Below are positions 31,025 through 40,065 of a stretch of 64,000 nucleotides of DNA, piece after piece. The stretch lies in the IMG/VR virus record IMGVR_UViG_3300044797_000163, positions 18,398 through 82,397 of that record, one strand, 5' to 3'. Below the pieces are notes generated by a model. The model saw only the letters and a program-made list of their open reading frames with translations, made no database searches and had not been told where the DNA came from. Both the position numbers and the translations under genes were made by a program. This stretch comes from a virus. Lineage: Duplodnaviria > Heunggongvirae > Uroviricota > Caudoviricetes. Position 1 is the stretch's first letter; the number at the start of each line of letters is the position of its first letter.

Positions 31025-31194
31025 TAGTTCTCCTTCCGCACAGTGATATTTGGGACGATAGTAAGTTCTCTGAGCATGCGAGTGAGATCCGTACGTGACA
31101 TCTTCACCATCGCGATGCCGTTCTCTGTGAAGTCGAATATGTCAATGGGTGAATTATCGACGGTTGGATCTGCGAAAGTAGGTATGTCTAGCAT
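31024..31194 (-). CDS. Small protein, 56 aa, below the ORF-track size cut-off
   Basis: Translated by hand as MLDIPTFADPTVDNSPIDIFDFTENGIAMVKMSRTDLTRMLRELTIVPNITVRKEN. TAATG stop/start overlaps at both ends. An AAGGAG ribosome-binding site for the downstream gene is embedded in it. Confidence 0.4.
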   Translation of the reverse strand: MLDIPTFADPTVDNSPIDIFDFTENGIAMVKMSRTDLTRMLRELTIVPNITVRKEN

Positions 31195-31769
31195 TATTCC
31201 TCCACGATCTTATCGATCAGATTGATTTTCAATGCATCTTCTGCACTGATGTAGTAATCCTTGCGATCAATGAGCTTGTCGATCTGCCGGGCCGTCTTGC
31301 CGGTGCGCGAGGCCAGGACGTTGTTGAGGGTGCTCTGCAGATGCTCCATGTGTTTGTAGCGATCGCGCTGCTCTCCCAGGTCTCCTTCGTTCGTGCCTCG
31401 GAGCTGGTGGAGCATGAAGTGCGCGTGCGGGGTGGCGTAGCGGTGGCGTGCGGCCTGCAGGATGATCACGCCCATTGACATGCAGGCGCCGGTGGCCATG
31501 ATGTCAATCGGCACCTTCTTCCCGATCCGCTTAACGAGATCGTAAATAGCCAGTCCACAGTTGATATCGCCGCCGTATGTGAACAGGTCCACCATGATGG
31601 GATCTTCACTGAGGGCTGCGATGTAACCCAAGGTGTGAGTGGTCACTGAAAGAGCGATATCAGTAATCGGTCCCTGCAGGAAGAACCGCCGCATTTTCTC
31701 ATTGCCGTACTTTACGAGATATTCTCCGTAATCGAGCATGTCCTTCGGCTTCTCTAATTCATTGTTCAT
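31194..31769 (-). CDS. clpP: ClpP-family serine protease
   Basis: Ser motif GACMSMG and His motif FMLHQ are both present. 191 aa. Confidence 0.75.
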   Translation of the reverse strand: MNNELEKPKDMLDYGEYLVKYGNEKMRRFFLQGPITDIALSVTTHTLGYIAALSEDPIMVDLFTYGGDINCGLAIYDLVKRIGKKVPIDIMATGACMSMGVIILQAARHRYATPHAHFMLHQLRGTNEGDLGEQRDRYKHMEHLQSTLNNVLASRTGKTARQIDKLIDRKDYYISAEDALKINLIDKIVEE

Positions 31770-32119
31770 CGATTGTCTCCCTCGCTCTTGATCACATTAC
31801 GGTTGCGACGATCTTTCAGTTTTGCGATGTTCATCTCTGCGATGTCACTAAGTGTGTAGCCCAACTCCGACGCAGATGCGGAGAGGTACCAGAGAACATC
31901 TCCCAGCTCTTTGGCGAACTCCTTCTTGTCACAGGGCGTTAGATTTTTGCTGGTCATGCTGTTGTGGTTACGCCAGTTCTTTTTTACCTTATCGAGATAT
32001 TCACCGGCCTCGCCTGCCAACCCCATTGCTGGATAGACGAGATTATGAGTGCCAACACCTTCAACGCTTGGGTACGAAGCTGTAACTAAAGCAAACTCCT
32101 GGTACTCATGGAAATTCAT
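31766..32119 (-). CDS. mazG: MazG-like nucleotide pyrophosphohydrolase
   Basis: All-alpha MazG signature ...GLAGEAGEYLDKVKK...ELGDVLWYL. 117 aa. Confidence 0.7.
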   Translation of the reverse strand: MNFHEYQEFALVTASYPSVEGVGTHNLVYPAMGLAGEAGEYLDKVKKNWRNHNSMTSKNLTPCDKKEFAKELGDVLWYLSASASELGYTLSDIAEMNIAKLKDRRNRNVIKSEGDNR

Positions 32120-32496
32120 ATACTCCTTTTCATAACTCCGTGAGGCTCGTTAGTAAAATGATCCACATAGTACATAAGCGCCTTAAAGAATATGCGCTCA
32201 TCTGATTCAATAAATCCGAGAAGGGTATTGCACCTTTTGCAGAGCAAGCTTCTCATTTGTTTACACTGGTGGCAGTGATCCAAGTTAGCCGACATTGAGA
32301 GTCTGCCATCTCTCTGTAATGGTCCTTTCTTGCAAATAGCACAACATTGTTTTTGTCGTTTCAACATCCAATCGAGATCTTCCGGTTGTAAACCAAACCT
32401 CCTTAACCTATTATTGCGTTTGTGGTACAAGACCCGCTCTCGATTACGAACCCGGTAAGCAGCATTCCTATCTAGTTTTCGCTGAGGTGTCTTCAC
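32116..32496 (-). CDS. Endonuclease VII / HNH-type nuclease
   Basis: CCAICKK...LDHCHQC...LLCKRCNTLLG motif. Confidence 0.6.
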   Translation of the reverse strand: MKTPQRKLDRNAAYRVRNRERVLYHKRNNRLRRFGLQPEDLDWMLKRQKQCCAICKKGPLQRDGRLSMSANLDHCHQCKQMRSLLCKRCNTLLGFIESDERIFFKALMYYVDHFTNEPHGVMKRSI

Positions 32497-32918
32497 GGTA
32501 TGTCACGACCCAGCAATTTCTCGTGGAGCATTCCCATAGAATTGAACATGACGGCGCAAAGGGCATCTTCAAGATCAGCAGTGCTTGCTTTATCCCCCCA
32601 TCCTCTGACGATCAACCATACATCTTGCACATGGCGTATAAGCGACTTCAAATATTGGCGTCGAGGCATACCCTTGGTCCAGTTATCAGAGTCCCGCAGT
32701 CTGCCATCGGACTGCTTCCGATGTAGTGTCATGTAGTCTCCGAATCGAGCGATGACCAGCGGCGATAGAAATCCCTCATAATCGTTCTTGTTCACGTCGG
32801 TGTCTCTGGTGGCGCCGGTTTCGAACTGACGAACAGAATGTCCTTGCACCGGATAGGGGTCTTTGTTTGGATACTCACGCTCGTAGATATCACTAACAGG
32901 TACAGGTAATGGGCTCAT
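32493..32918 (-). CDS. Conserved phage protein of unknown function
   Basis: Motif RQFETGATRDTD. Lies beside nucleotide-metabolism genes. Confidence 0.4.
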   Translation of the reverse strand: MSPLPVPVSDIYEREYPNKDPYPVQGHSVRQFETGATRDTDVNKNDYEGFLSPLVIARFGDYMTLHRKQSDGRLRDSDNWTKGMPRRQYLKSLIRHVQDVWLIVRGWGDKASTADLEDALCAVMFNSMGMLHEKLLGRDIP

Positions 32919-33325
32919 CAGTTCACCTCCACCGGTGACAGCTCGCGCTTCAGATGCTCCACATCCCGGACGTGAATTATGTTGGGCAGGCGGTCGAAGA
33001 TCTGTTGCTTGCCGCCGACTACATAGATTGGCTTACCAAGACTCCATGCCAAACCCATTTCAAACATGCGGGCGCCAGAGGCTATATGAGACGGAACGAA
33101 CTGTCCTGAAATATCGTCCGTGAAGCGGACGAAAGCATCACACTCTTTGATATCCGCCACGTCTCTGATGGCATCCTCGCGCAGCGATTTTTCTGTTGTA
33201 ACAGATGGATGGTTGCCATCTTCGAGCCAGTTAGCTGTAACCCCGATGCCGCCCGCTCGAAGGTCAAAGGCCACTTCCTGTATCTCTTCACGCCTGCTCC
33301 ATGCCGCCGCTAAGTAACAGTTCAT
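32918..33325 (-). CDS. Nucleoside 2-deoxyribosyltransferase / DNPH1-like dNMP N-hydrolase
   Basis: N-terminal YLAAAW. Catalytic block HIASGARMFEMGLAWSLGKPIYVV matches the family motif D.GT.FE.G.A...GKP. Confidence 0.6.
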   Translation of the reverse strand: MNCYLAAAWSRREEIQEVAFDLRAGGIGVTANWLEDGNHPSVTTEKSLREDAIRDVADIKECDAFVRFTDDISGQFVPSHIASGARMFEMGLAWSLGKPIYVVGGKQQIFDRLPNIIHVRDVEHLKRELSPVEVN

Positions 33326-33975
33326 AAGATGACCTCGATTGGTTTGTTGACTACTTTGTAGGCTTCGTTGACCTGGGAAGCATTGACGAAGGTGGTGTTT
33401 GCGTTGTCAGTATTGATTCCATAACCGCCGTGAATATGCCCAAATACATGTAACGAGATATCTAATTCAGCAATCCTCTCTAACAGATCGTCGCAGCCGA
33501 GGTGATCAGTAGCGACCATACTGTCGTCGCCGCCTGGATGTGACTGATCCAGATATCCAAACGGTGGTCCATGAGTGACTAAGATATCTGTGTCATTTGG
33601 TATTCGATCCCAGTACACCGCTATAGCTGGACCCCGGTGAACGTTGAAGGCCCAGTCGAAGAACCACGGCGTTACCGGTGAGCCGTAGAATAGGCGCCCG
33701 TCGATCATCGTTGATGAGTTCTCCAGGTACTGGACCCGGCCCCAATCAAACGTTGACCACCAGTCTGGCTTCTTGGCTTCGAGAGCAAAATCATGGTTTC
33801 CACTTACAACTACAATGTGTTCACAGGGCTGCTTGTTTAACCAGAGCACCGCTTGCTCTACCTCGCTACGTGTACCCATCGACGTGAGGTCCCCTGCGTG
33901 AACCAAAACATCACTTGGAGGAATCACCACTTGGTCATGCAGTGAGTGGGTGTCTGATATACAAATGAGTTTCAC
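33322..33975 (-). CDS. Calcineurin-like metallophosphoesterase
   Basis: Motifs ISDTHS, HAGDL, SGNHDF and GHIHGG. Confidence 0.8.
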   Translation of the reverse strand: MKLICISDTHSLHDQVVIPPSDVLVHAGDLTSMGTRSEVEQAVLWLNKQPCEHIVVVSGNHDFALEAKKPDWWSTFDWGRVQYLENSSTMIDGRLFYGSPVTPWFFDWAFNVHRGPAIAVYWDRIPNDTDILVTHGPPFGYLDQSHPGGDDSMVATDHLGCDDLLERIAELDISLHVFGHIHGGYGINTDNANTTFVNASQVNEAYKVVNKPIEVIL

Positions 33976-34193
33976 TGCGTAACCTCTGTTTGATTGCTAA
34001 CGGAGTGTGCCATCGCTTTCTTTGCAAAGAACGATGCTTCCTCAAGCTTCGTTTTGACGATAGAAAACTCACGACCTTCCGGACACATCGTCTTTAGCAC
34101 CCGTAAGCAATCGTTAAACGTTGAGGCAATCTCTTCTGCTTTCTTGATGCCGTCCTCGTTTAAGCGATGAAACTGAAACAGTGGATCAACCAT
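33972..34193 (-). CDS. Small hypothetical protein
   Basis: 73 aa, directly downstream of recA. Confidence 0.35.
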   Translation of the reverse strand: MVDPLFQFHRLNEDGIKKAEEIASTFNDCLRVLKTMCPEGREFSIVKTKLEEASFFAKKAMAHSVSNQTEVTQ

Positions 34194-34207
34194 CTAGATG
34201 CTCCCTT

Positions 34208-35185
34208 CTACTTTTGTTCTGCCCATCTCTTTCTGATGCCATCCTCGATTGATTGCGCCAACTCCTTATTACTTTCGAAAATCGCCATAACCATCGCTCG
34301 ACCTTGACCCAACCGTTCTCCGGTTAGCAGGCTGCTATACCACGACCCCTTCAATTCTAGGACTCCCGTCTCTACTCCAAGATCAACAAGGTCTCCCTCA
34401 CGGGAAATGCCCTGGCCATAAATCATGTCGAACTCAGCTTCTCTAAAAGGACTGCCGACTTTGTTCTTCACGACTTTGGCCTTGGTGCGCGAGCCGATGA
34501 TCTTGTCACCATCTTTAATCGCGGCTAGGCGTCGAATATCAATTCGCACCGAGGAGTAGAACTTCAAAGCGCGGCCACCCGTGGTCGTTTCGTTACTGCC
34601 GTACATCACACCGATCTTTTCCCGGATTTGGTTGATGAAGATGAGAACTGTGTTCGTCTTCGATACCATGCCGGTAAGCTTGCGCAGCGCCTGTGACATC
34701 AGTCGCGCCTGCAGCCCCATATGGCTATCACCCATCTCGCCGTCCAGCTCAGCCTTCGGCACAAGGGCGGCTACGGAGTCCACGACAATAATGTCTAAAT
34801 CTTTTGAATCGACCAGAGCTTCAACAATCATCAGAGCCTGTTCACCATAGTCCGGCTGTGAGATCAGAAGCTCGTCCACATTGACACCAAGTTTCTTGGC
34901 GTAGTGGGGATCGAGCGCGTGCTCCATATCAATGAAGGCCGCTTTGCCTTTCTTCTGAGCGCAGGCGATGGTTTGCAAGGATAGGGTTGTCTTGCCGCCA
35001 GACTCAGGTCCAAAGATCTCAATCACCCGGCCTCGGGGAAAACCGTCTACACCAATGGCGTGATCAAGCGAAAGGCAACCGGTGGAAATAACCTCCACCG
35101 GCACCATTTGCGTATCACCCATGCGCCGGATCGATCCTTTGCCGAATTGATGATTGATGTTCTTGACCGCATCTGCGAGAGGCAT
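34208..35185 (-). CDS. recA: RecA recombinase, bacterial type
   Basis: Walker [10 protein letters not shown]. Canonical RecA blocks ([40 protein letters not shown]). Confidence 0.9.
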   Translation of the reverse strand: MPLADAVKNINHQFGKGSIRRMGDTQMVPVEVISTGCLSLDHAIGVDGFPRGRVIEIFGPESGGKTTLSLQTIACAQKKGKAAFIDMEHALDPHYAKKLGVNVDELLISQPDYGEQALMIVEALVDSKDLDIIVVDSVAALVPKAELDGEMGDSHMGLQARLMSQALRKLTGMVSKTNTVLIFINQIREKIGVMYGSNETTTGGRALKFYSSVRIDIRRLAAIKDGDKIIGSRTKAKVVKNKVGSPFREAEFDMIYGQGISREGDLVDLGVETGVLELKGSWYSSLLTGERLGQGRAMVMAIFESNKELAQSIEDGIRKRWAEQK

Positions 35186-35455
35186 CTACTCGATAAATCC
35201 GTGCTGCGGTCTGATGTCAATATTCAGCGCGTTGACAATAGCGTTAGTGGGGTAAGTCGTGCTTTGGTGCCCATTGGCTGACACTGAAACGACACCGCTG
35301 CTGTCATAGCCAGCTAATGAAGCAGCAATCAATGCCGCAGCCCCTAGCCTGACGCTTTCTTCAGGCTCAACACACGGACTACTGTTAGAGAACTGTTTCG
35401 CAATCGCAACCGCGACCGCAGGCGCCTTACCTATTGCACTTACACCCCATGACAT
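35186..35455 (-). CDS. Small hypothetical protein
   Basis: Internal ATG (MSWGV...) chosen over the longer ORF. Confidence 0.3.
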   Translation of the reverse strand: MSWGVSAIGKAPAVAVAIAKQFSNSSPCVEPEESVRLGAAALIAASLAGYDSSGVVSVSANGHQSTTYPTNAIVNALNIDIRPQHGFIE

Positions 35456-35469
35456 ATTGGCTCCTTTAA

Positions 35470-35730
35470 CTAATCGTGCTTTGCTCTGTTGCCATCCCAG
35501 GAGTTCAATGAAGCTGTGCCCCGAGCTGCGGTGGCAGGATCGGGCAGCTCTTTTCCTTCCGGGGTGTACCCAGTGAAGGCGATCCCCCAAGCGACCCTCA
35601 GCGCCTGCCATTCAGGATGCAAATCACACCACCTGCATTCACCTCTGGCATGAAGGATTCGTTGATCACAATGAGGAAAACGGGTGATGAAGTCTTGGTC
35701 TATAACAGCCGGTGTTACTTTCTTGAACAT
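35470..35730 (-). CDS. Small Cys/His-containing protein
   Basis: HCDQ...ECRWCD is a possible zinc site. First gene of the minus-strand operon. Confidence 0.35.
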   Translation of the reverse strand: MFKKVTPAVIDQDFITRFPHCDQRILHARGECRWCDLHPEWQALRVAWGIAFTGYTPEGKELPDPATAARGTASLNSWDGNRAKHD

Positions 35731-35973
35731 AGTTTCCTTTTGAAATGATCGCCTTCAAACTGCTGCCTTCCGTCCCGAGAACCGTCCTATGAAGAAAACG
35801 GTTGGTAACATCTCTGCTACCACCAGACTAAGTGAAGGATTTTGAGCAACTTGTTACCTGTGAGATTTCAACGTGTGAGCAAAAGAGCTTTGAGGTTTCA
35901 ACTGTAAGCTTCTGAAATGAAGTTCTGGCCCTATCCATAACACAGTTACCGATGTTATCGTGTAGGACCAGAA

Positions 35974-36046
35974 CAGAGTGAGTAGGATTTGAACCTACAC
36001 CTCTCGATTATCTGTCGAGTGCTCTATCCAGTTGAGCTATGACCCC
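35974..36046 (-). tRNA. tRNA with anticodon GAU (Ile-like), non-canonical
   Basis: Cloverleaf folds as GGGGUCA-UA-GCUC-AACUGGAUA-GAGC-A-CUCGA-CAGAUAA-UCGAG-AGGU-GUAGG-UUCAAAU-CCUAC-UCACUCU-G. Position 33 is A rather than U. The acceptor stem has two G-U pairs and one C-C mismatch. No CCA is encoded. Confidence 0.55.
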
Positions 36047-36107
36047 CCATTATGAAGGGTTATGTCCTCATTGCTTTCCCGTTTCGCCGCTGAAGGCAAT
36101 CTCCTAC

Positions 36108-36668
36108 CTAAATTTCGATGACTGTGGTTGCGTTGAAGAGAGACAGCTTTCCGTCCAACGTTCCCAGCGTCTGATCCAGCTCCTCCTGTTCTGCAATCAA
36201 TCCTCGTTCATCGATGTTGACGACGACATCGGGCGGTGCCTGAGGATCGAAATTCTCAGCGACCGGCGCCGAAGACGGCTTGGTTGTGCCTCCCTTTTTC
36301 TGCACCTCGTTGCGGACGTTGTTGAGTCCGGTTGCCATGCTTTTCAGGAAGCCAACCTGGTGCGAACTGATCTCCTTGCGCCATGTCAACCACTGTGCTA
36401 CCGACCGAGTGGTGCTGCCGATCGTCAGCTTGGACGTGAGGTTGCTGGTTTGAATGTTGGTCCGGATGGTAACGATGTTGTTCTCCAGATCGCGAATCGC
36501 CTGCCGTTCCTCGTTGATGAATTTCACAGAACCGCCATTAGCGCCCAGCGGATCTCGATTGCGGGTATCTCTAACCAAATACTGCCCGATCGAACCACGC
36601 TTCTTCTCCAGCCGCTTCCCGATCGTCTTGATTTCCTGCAGCGCTTCAGTGATAGTTAGCTTTGCCAT
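36108..36668 (-). CDS. Hypothetical protein
   Basis: 186 aa. Confidence 0.45.
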   Translation of the reverse strand: MAKLTITEALQEIKTIGKRLEKKRGSIGQYLVRDTRNRDPLGANGGSVKFINEERQAIRDLENNIVTIRTNIQTSNLTSKLTIGSTTRSVAQWLTWRKEISSHQVGFLKSMATGLNNVRNEVQKKGGTTKPSSAPVAENFDPQAPPDVVVNIDERGLIAEQEELDQTLGTLDGKLSLFNATTVIEI

Positions 36669-36677
36669 AGTTCTCCT

Positions 36678-37298
36678 TTAGTTGAGGCGCCCGAAGGTGA
36701 GAATGCGAGCGATCTTGGAATGTTGGTGAAGGGCCAGGCTCGGCGTGACCGCATCGACAGCGGTGTTACCGGTCTTTAGTTTCAAGATGGTGTTGTACTC
36801 GGAGACGAAGTTAGTAACCGAGAGAGGAGGAGACGACACAGCCATCCGAATGTTGGCATTCACTGTTGGTGACGGCGTGCATTGCGGGATAACCGCCGTG
36901 ATCGCCTGTACGGTTCCGGCTACGAGCCCGGCCAGCAGAGTGATTTTCGTCTGTGTATTCGTGTCGCTTACCTGCGCGACCTGTAGCACGAGGCTCTGAT
37001 CTGTTTGGTATGTAGCGATCGCGGCATTGAGCTGTTGACAAACACCAGGACCAGCCGCCGAGGACACGGAAGCGTAGTCACCGGCCAGGGTCTTGATTGC
37101 TGTGGCATCGGTTGCGATTTTGGCCGCAAGCTGGCTGTTAAACGGTTTCCCGTCAGCGATAGCTACGATCTGCAGAATGTTGGAAAGGGCGGGCGCAGCC
37201 ACGGCGAGAATGGTATCGAGAGTGGAGACCCAGGCGGTGGAACATGCGGTGGTTATGAAGGCAAGAGATAGAACAATTGTTATTAGAAGTGTTTTCAT
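36678..37298 (-). CDS. Secreted or lipoprotein-like Ala/Thr-rich protein
   Basis: N-terminus MKTLLITIVLSLAFITTAC. Confidence 0.45.
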   Translation of the reverse strand: MKTLLITIVLSLAFITTACSTAWVSTLDTILAVAAPALSNILQIVAIADGKPFNSQLAAKIATDATAIKTLAGDYASVSSAAGPGVCQQLNAAIATYQTDQSLVLQVAQVSDTNTQTKITLLAGLVAGTVQAITAVIPQCTPSPTVNANIRMAVSSPPLSVTNFVSEYNTILKLKTGNTAVDAVTPSLALHQHSKIARILTFGRLN

Positions 37299-37306
37299 GT
37301 TGCTCC

Positions 37307-37534
37307 TTAATGTTGGTACAGGTACAAGCTTGACTTCGTGTAAAGACCAAAGACCGCCACAATGCCAGCGGTCAGGGATTGAGCCATGTATTCCCGCCAG
37401 CAGTAAAGCGAGAGGCAGGCTTCCGGTGCGGTGACGTACTTGGCGAGACAGCCCAACACGTTACCAAAGAAAAACACAATCACTGCTTGTGCGGCATGAG
37501 GCAGCGAATTCCAGAACGCCATGATTTTATGCAT
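37307..37534 (-). CDS. Small two-helix membrane protein, holin-like
   Basis: Start MHKIMAFWNS overlaps the upstream stop as ATGA. Two hydrophobic helices. Confidence 0.35.
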   Translation of the reverse strand: MHKIMAFWNSLPHAAQAVIVFFFGNVLGCLAKYVTAPEACLSLYCWREYMAQSLTAGIVAVFGLYTKSSLYLYQH

Positions 37535-37974
37535 TAGTTTTCCCTTGAGAAGAACCCAGCACCTGCCTGGTGTTCGAACAGGTATTCCCCAGCCCTGCAC
37601 AAACTGTTTGGGTCATCCATAAACTTACGCAGACCTGGATTACAGTTGGAACAAAGCAGTCCGCGAATCGATCGAAGCTTCATAACCTTTCGCACCTCTT
37701 GAATGGCTTTGTTCTTGGTTAAAGCCGGGCGCATGATCATGCGCCCAGCGTAGAAGGTCGTCGCCCACCAGAAGTTACTATCCCCGTTCTTCTCAACGTC
37801 GATCTTGATATACTTCCATTTGTGGCAGTGATCAACGGCCAACCATCTAGTCTTCGGCGGGCGGTGGCATATCGCGCACACCCCGCTCTGGTCGGCTAAG
37901 AGTTCTTCGTATTCTCGGAGGGTGATACCGTATGTCCGTTGAAGTCGTAGATCACGGGCATGTTCTGTTTCCAT
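37534..37974 (-). CDS. Endonuclease VII-like nuclease
   Basis: CAICHRP...DHCHKW...LLCSNCNPGLRKF motif. Its ATG lies 1-2 nt from the predicted transcription start of a perfect-consensus promoter. Confidence 0.6.
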   Translation of the reverse strand: METEHARDLRLQRTYGITLREYEELLADQSGVCAICHRPPKTRWLAVDHCHKWKYIKIDVEKNGDSNFWWATTFYAGRMIMRPALTKNKAIQEVRKVMKLRSIRGLLCSNCNPGLRKFMDDPNSLCRAGEYLFEHQAGAGFFSREN

Positions 37975-37982
37975 GTATAAGC

Positions 37983-38011
37983 ATTATACCATACAGATTA
38001 GTGTCTGTCAA
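37983..38011 (-). promoter_or_regulatory. Sigma70 perfect-consensus promoter, leaderless
   Basis: Minus strand reads TTGACA-gacactaatctgtatgg(17)-TATAAT. Transcription start is predicted about 2 nt before the ATG at 37974. Confidence 0.65.
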
Positions 38012-38489
38012 CTACCATGCCTTCATTCTCAGCGGCGGCATGGGCCGGATCGATCTGGGTTAGGGCCTCAGCGGTGAAGGGGATCTCGATCTGATTGCCA
38101 ACCTCAACGTTGGCATTGTCAACCTTAGTGTCGTTCTCCGTCATCGCGGCCAGCTCGCGGGGCGACTTGCCCTCGACGTAGATGTAGGTGAGATAGTCCT
38201 TTCCACACCCGGCAGAGCAGATCGCTATCTCCTGGGGAGCGAAGGGAGTGAGACTCAACCGAATCAACCGGGCGTATTCGTCCGGCAGCGCATTCGAGTC
38301 AGCCTTCACCAGCTCTTCGTTGAAGTGAACCGTGGTTGGCATATCCCGATCGTGGCGAGGGCCGCAGCGTGGGCCGTCGCAAACAATCGTCACATCGGTG
38401 TCGGTTTCAAACTTCGTATCCTCAGGGAACACACTTACCGTGCCGTCCGGCTGAGTAAGTCGAACCGTTCGTTTAATAGTTACAGGCAT
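37998..38489 (-). CDS. Hypothetical protein
   Basis: 163 aa. Confidence 0.4.
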   Translation of the reverse strand: MPVTIKRTVRLTQPDGTVSVFPEDTKFETDTDVTIVCDGPRCGPRHDRDMPTTVHFNEELVKADSNALPDEYARLIRLSLTPFAPQEIAICSAGCGKDYLTYIYVEGKSPRELAAMTENDTKVDNANVEVGNQIEIPFTAEALTQIDPAHAAAENEGMVVDRH

Positions 38490-38839
38490 TACCGATCCTC
38501 CCAGGCTTTCATTCCTTCAGCGAGCCACTTATTTAGATCAGCGGGCTCAACATCGCAGATATCTTCAGACAGATCCGCGAAGCCACGAGGACTGTTGCTG
38601 TAATTTATCTCGGCACCGTCCTGACAACCCCAACCAGTGGCGTCACACCAGCCGGTCAGATATGCGTAGCGCCCGTCTTCGAGAAGCATAAGGAAGCCGC
38701 CGCCCCATTCCTGCCAGCCTTCACTCGACTGGCCCCACGCCAGCAGCACCTTCACAGGCTTCGATTCGGGCCGGGCAATCTTCAATGACTCTTCAAAATC
38801 ATTAAGGCAATACATTAGTTCTCCCATCCATAAAAACAT
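38489..38839 (-). CDS. Hypothetical Trp/Gly-rich protein
   Basis: 116 aa. Confidence 0.4.
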   Translation of the reverse strand: MFLWMGELMYCLNDFEESLKIARPESKPVKVLLAWGQSSEGWQEWGGGFLMLLEDGRYAYLTGWCDATGWGCQDGAEINYSNSPRGFADLSEDICDVEPADLNKWLAEGMKAWEDR

Positions 38840-39030
38840 TCAGTACAACGTAAAACCCCTAGGTTATCCGGATCAGGTAGCAGATCTCCTCCGCATTCCG
38901 GACAAGCGAAAAACTCTTCCATACCGCCCGGCACTAAAGAACCGAGTTCAGCACAACCGCTGCAGTAAATAGAGGGTTCACCGACAGTAGTGGTGGAGTT
39001 ATACATCTCATGATTGCACTTGTTCAGCAT
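38815..39030 (-). CDS. Zinc-ribbon protein
   Basis: CSGC...CPEC...CTEC. Confidence 0.4.
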   Translation of the reverse strand: MLNKCNHEMYNSTTTVGEPSIYCSGCAELGSLVPGGMEEFFACPECGGDLLPDPDNLGVLRCTECFYGWEN

Positions 39031-39394
39031 CTAACATTAACCCCCTTCGTCGTGGATCGTTATGATCTTCGCCAGCAACTGCATTGGTGCGCCTGAAATG
39101 AAGAACACTCTTGCTGTAACCCTGGTCGTGTTCTTCACGGTGACAATGCCCGCACAGACCCTCGCAGGACTCCCAGGTATCGTCTCGTTTCCCCCCACCA
39201 CGGCCCCGGCGATGATTGACGTGAAAAGATCGCTCGTGCTCGATCGGGAACAGGAAGAAGGTCTTCCATCCGCATCGAGCACAGCGGTGCTCCTGCCTCT
39301 CGAACATGTAGTGGCGAAACGCGCTGTAATCGTCGCCGTCTCGGATGGTGCGGCCATCATGGGTGATAGTTATACTCATAAGACAGCTCCCCAC
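39008..39394 (-). CDS. HNH endonuclease
   Basis: HRCARCGW...HVNHRRGRGG...CGHCHREEH. Confidence 0.5.
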   Translation of the reverse strand: MGSCLMSITITHDGRTIRDGDDYSAFRHYMFERQEHRCARCGWKTFFLFPIEHERSFHVNHRRGRGGGKRDDTWESCEGLCGHCHREEHDQGYSKSVLHFRRTNAVAGEDHNDPRRRGLMLDAEQVQS

Positions 39395-40065
39395 GTTGCG
39401 AGAAATTCAGCGCACATGAACTCGATGATTTCAGCTTTGCTTGTGGGCGCAAGATCGACCCAATCTTTGTCAGTGTCGATGACAATCTGAGAGAGATTGT
39501 CACCACCACAATGTTTGATCATGCAGTTGACGGCTCGCATGAACACACTTCGCTGTTCCGCCGACACCTTCATCTGGCCAAGATCGAACCAATCCTCGTC
39601 CACTTCCTGTGGCAAGAACAACCCCGTAGAGATGCCGATCTGTTTTTTCAGTTCAGATGTGGTGCCGTCCTTCGCCAGCTCGATGAGATCGGTAGTTGGT
39701 TGGTGGCCAGCCGTGAGCATAGTGCGGAGCACTGCCGCGTTGGTGATCCCCATAGCCACTAGATCTTTTTCAGTGACGATCGGCAGGAGATCGGTGGCAA
39801 CGCCTAAGTAGTGGTAGAGCTGCGTGCGCTTTCGTTCGGCGCGATCGGCAACGGCTCGGACGTACTGCGAGAAGCTTTTAAACTTCCCCTGCATCCAGTG
39901 TTGGTTGGCCTCAACGCTTAATAACGCCTGCCCGATCTTAACGAAGTTTTCCTGAAGGCTGATCTGACCTTCGCGAATCGCATCCGCAAGGTTATCTACA
40001 GCCTCCATAGCTTCGTGCGCAATGGCAAGCTGCACGTCTGTGTGTGGGGCGAGGATCTCGCTCAT
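39376..40065 (-). CDS. Hypothetical protein
   Basis: 229 aa. Confidence 0.4.
   Translation of the reverse strand: MSEILAPHTDVQLAIAHEAMEAVDNLADAIREGQISLQENFVKIGQALLSVEANQHWMQGKFKSFSQYVRAVADRAERKRTQLYHYLGVATDLLPIVTEKDLVAMGITNAAVLRTMLTAGHQPTTDLIELAKDGTTSELKKQIGISTGLFLPQEVDEDWFDLGQMKVSAEQRSVFMRAVNCMIKHCGGDNLSQIVIDTDKDWVDLAPTSKAEIIEFMCAEFLATWGAVL

Noticed and set aside
35974-36046. tRNA as a prophage attachment site marking a prophage end
   Set aside because: No integrase or recombinase gene lies nearby and phage-like genes continue on both sides. The tRNA is treated as phage cargo.
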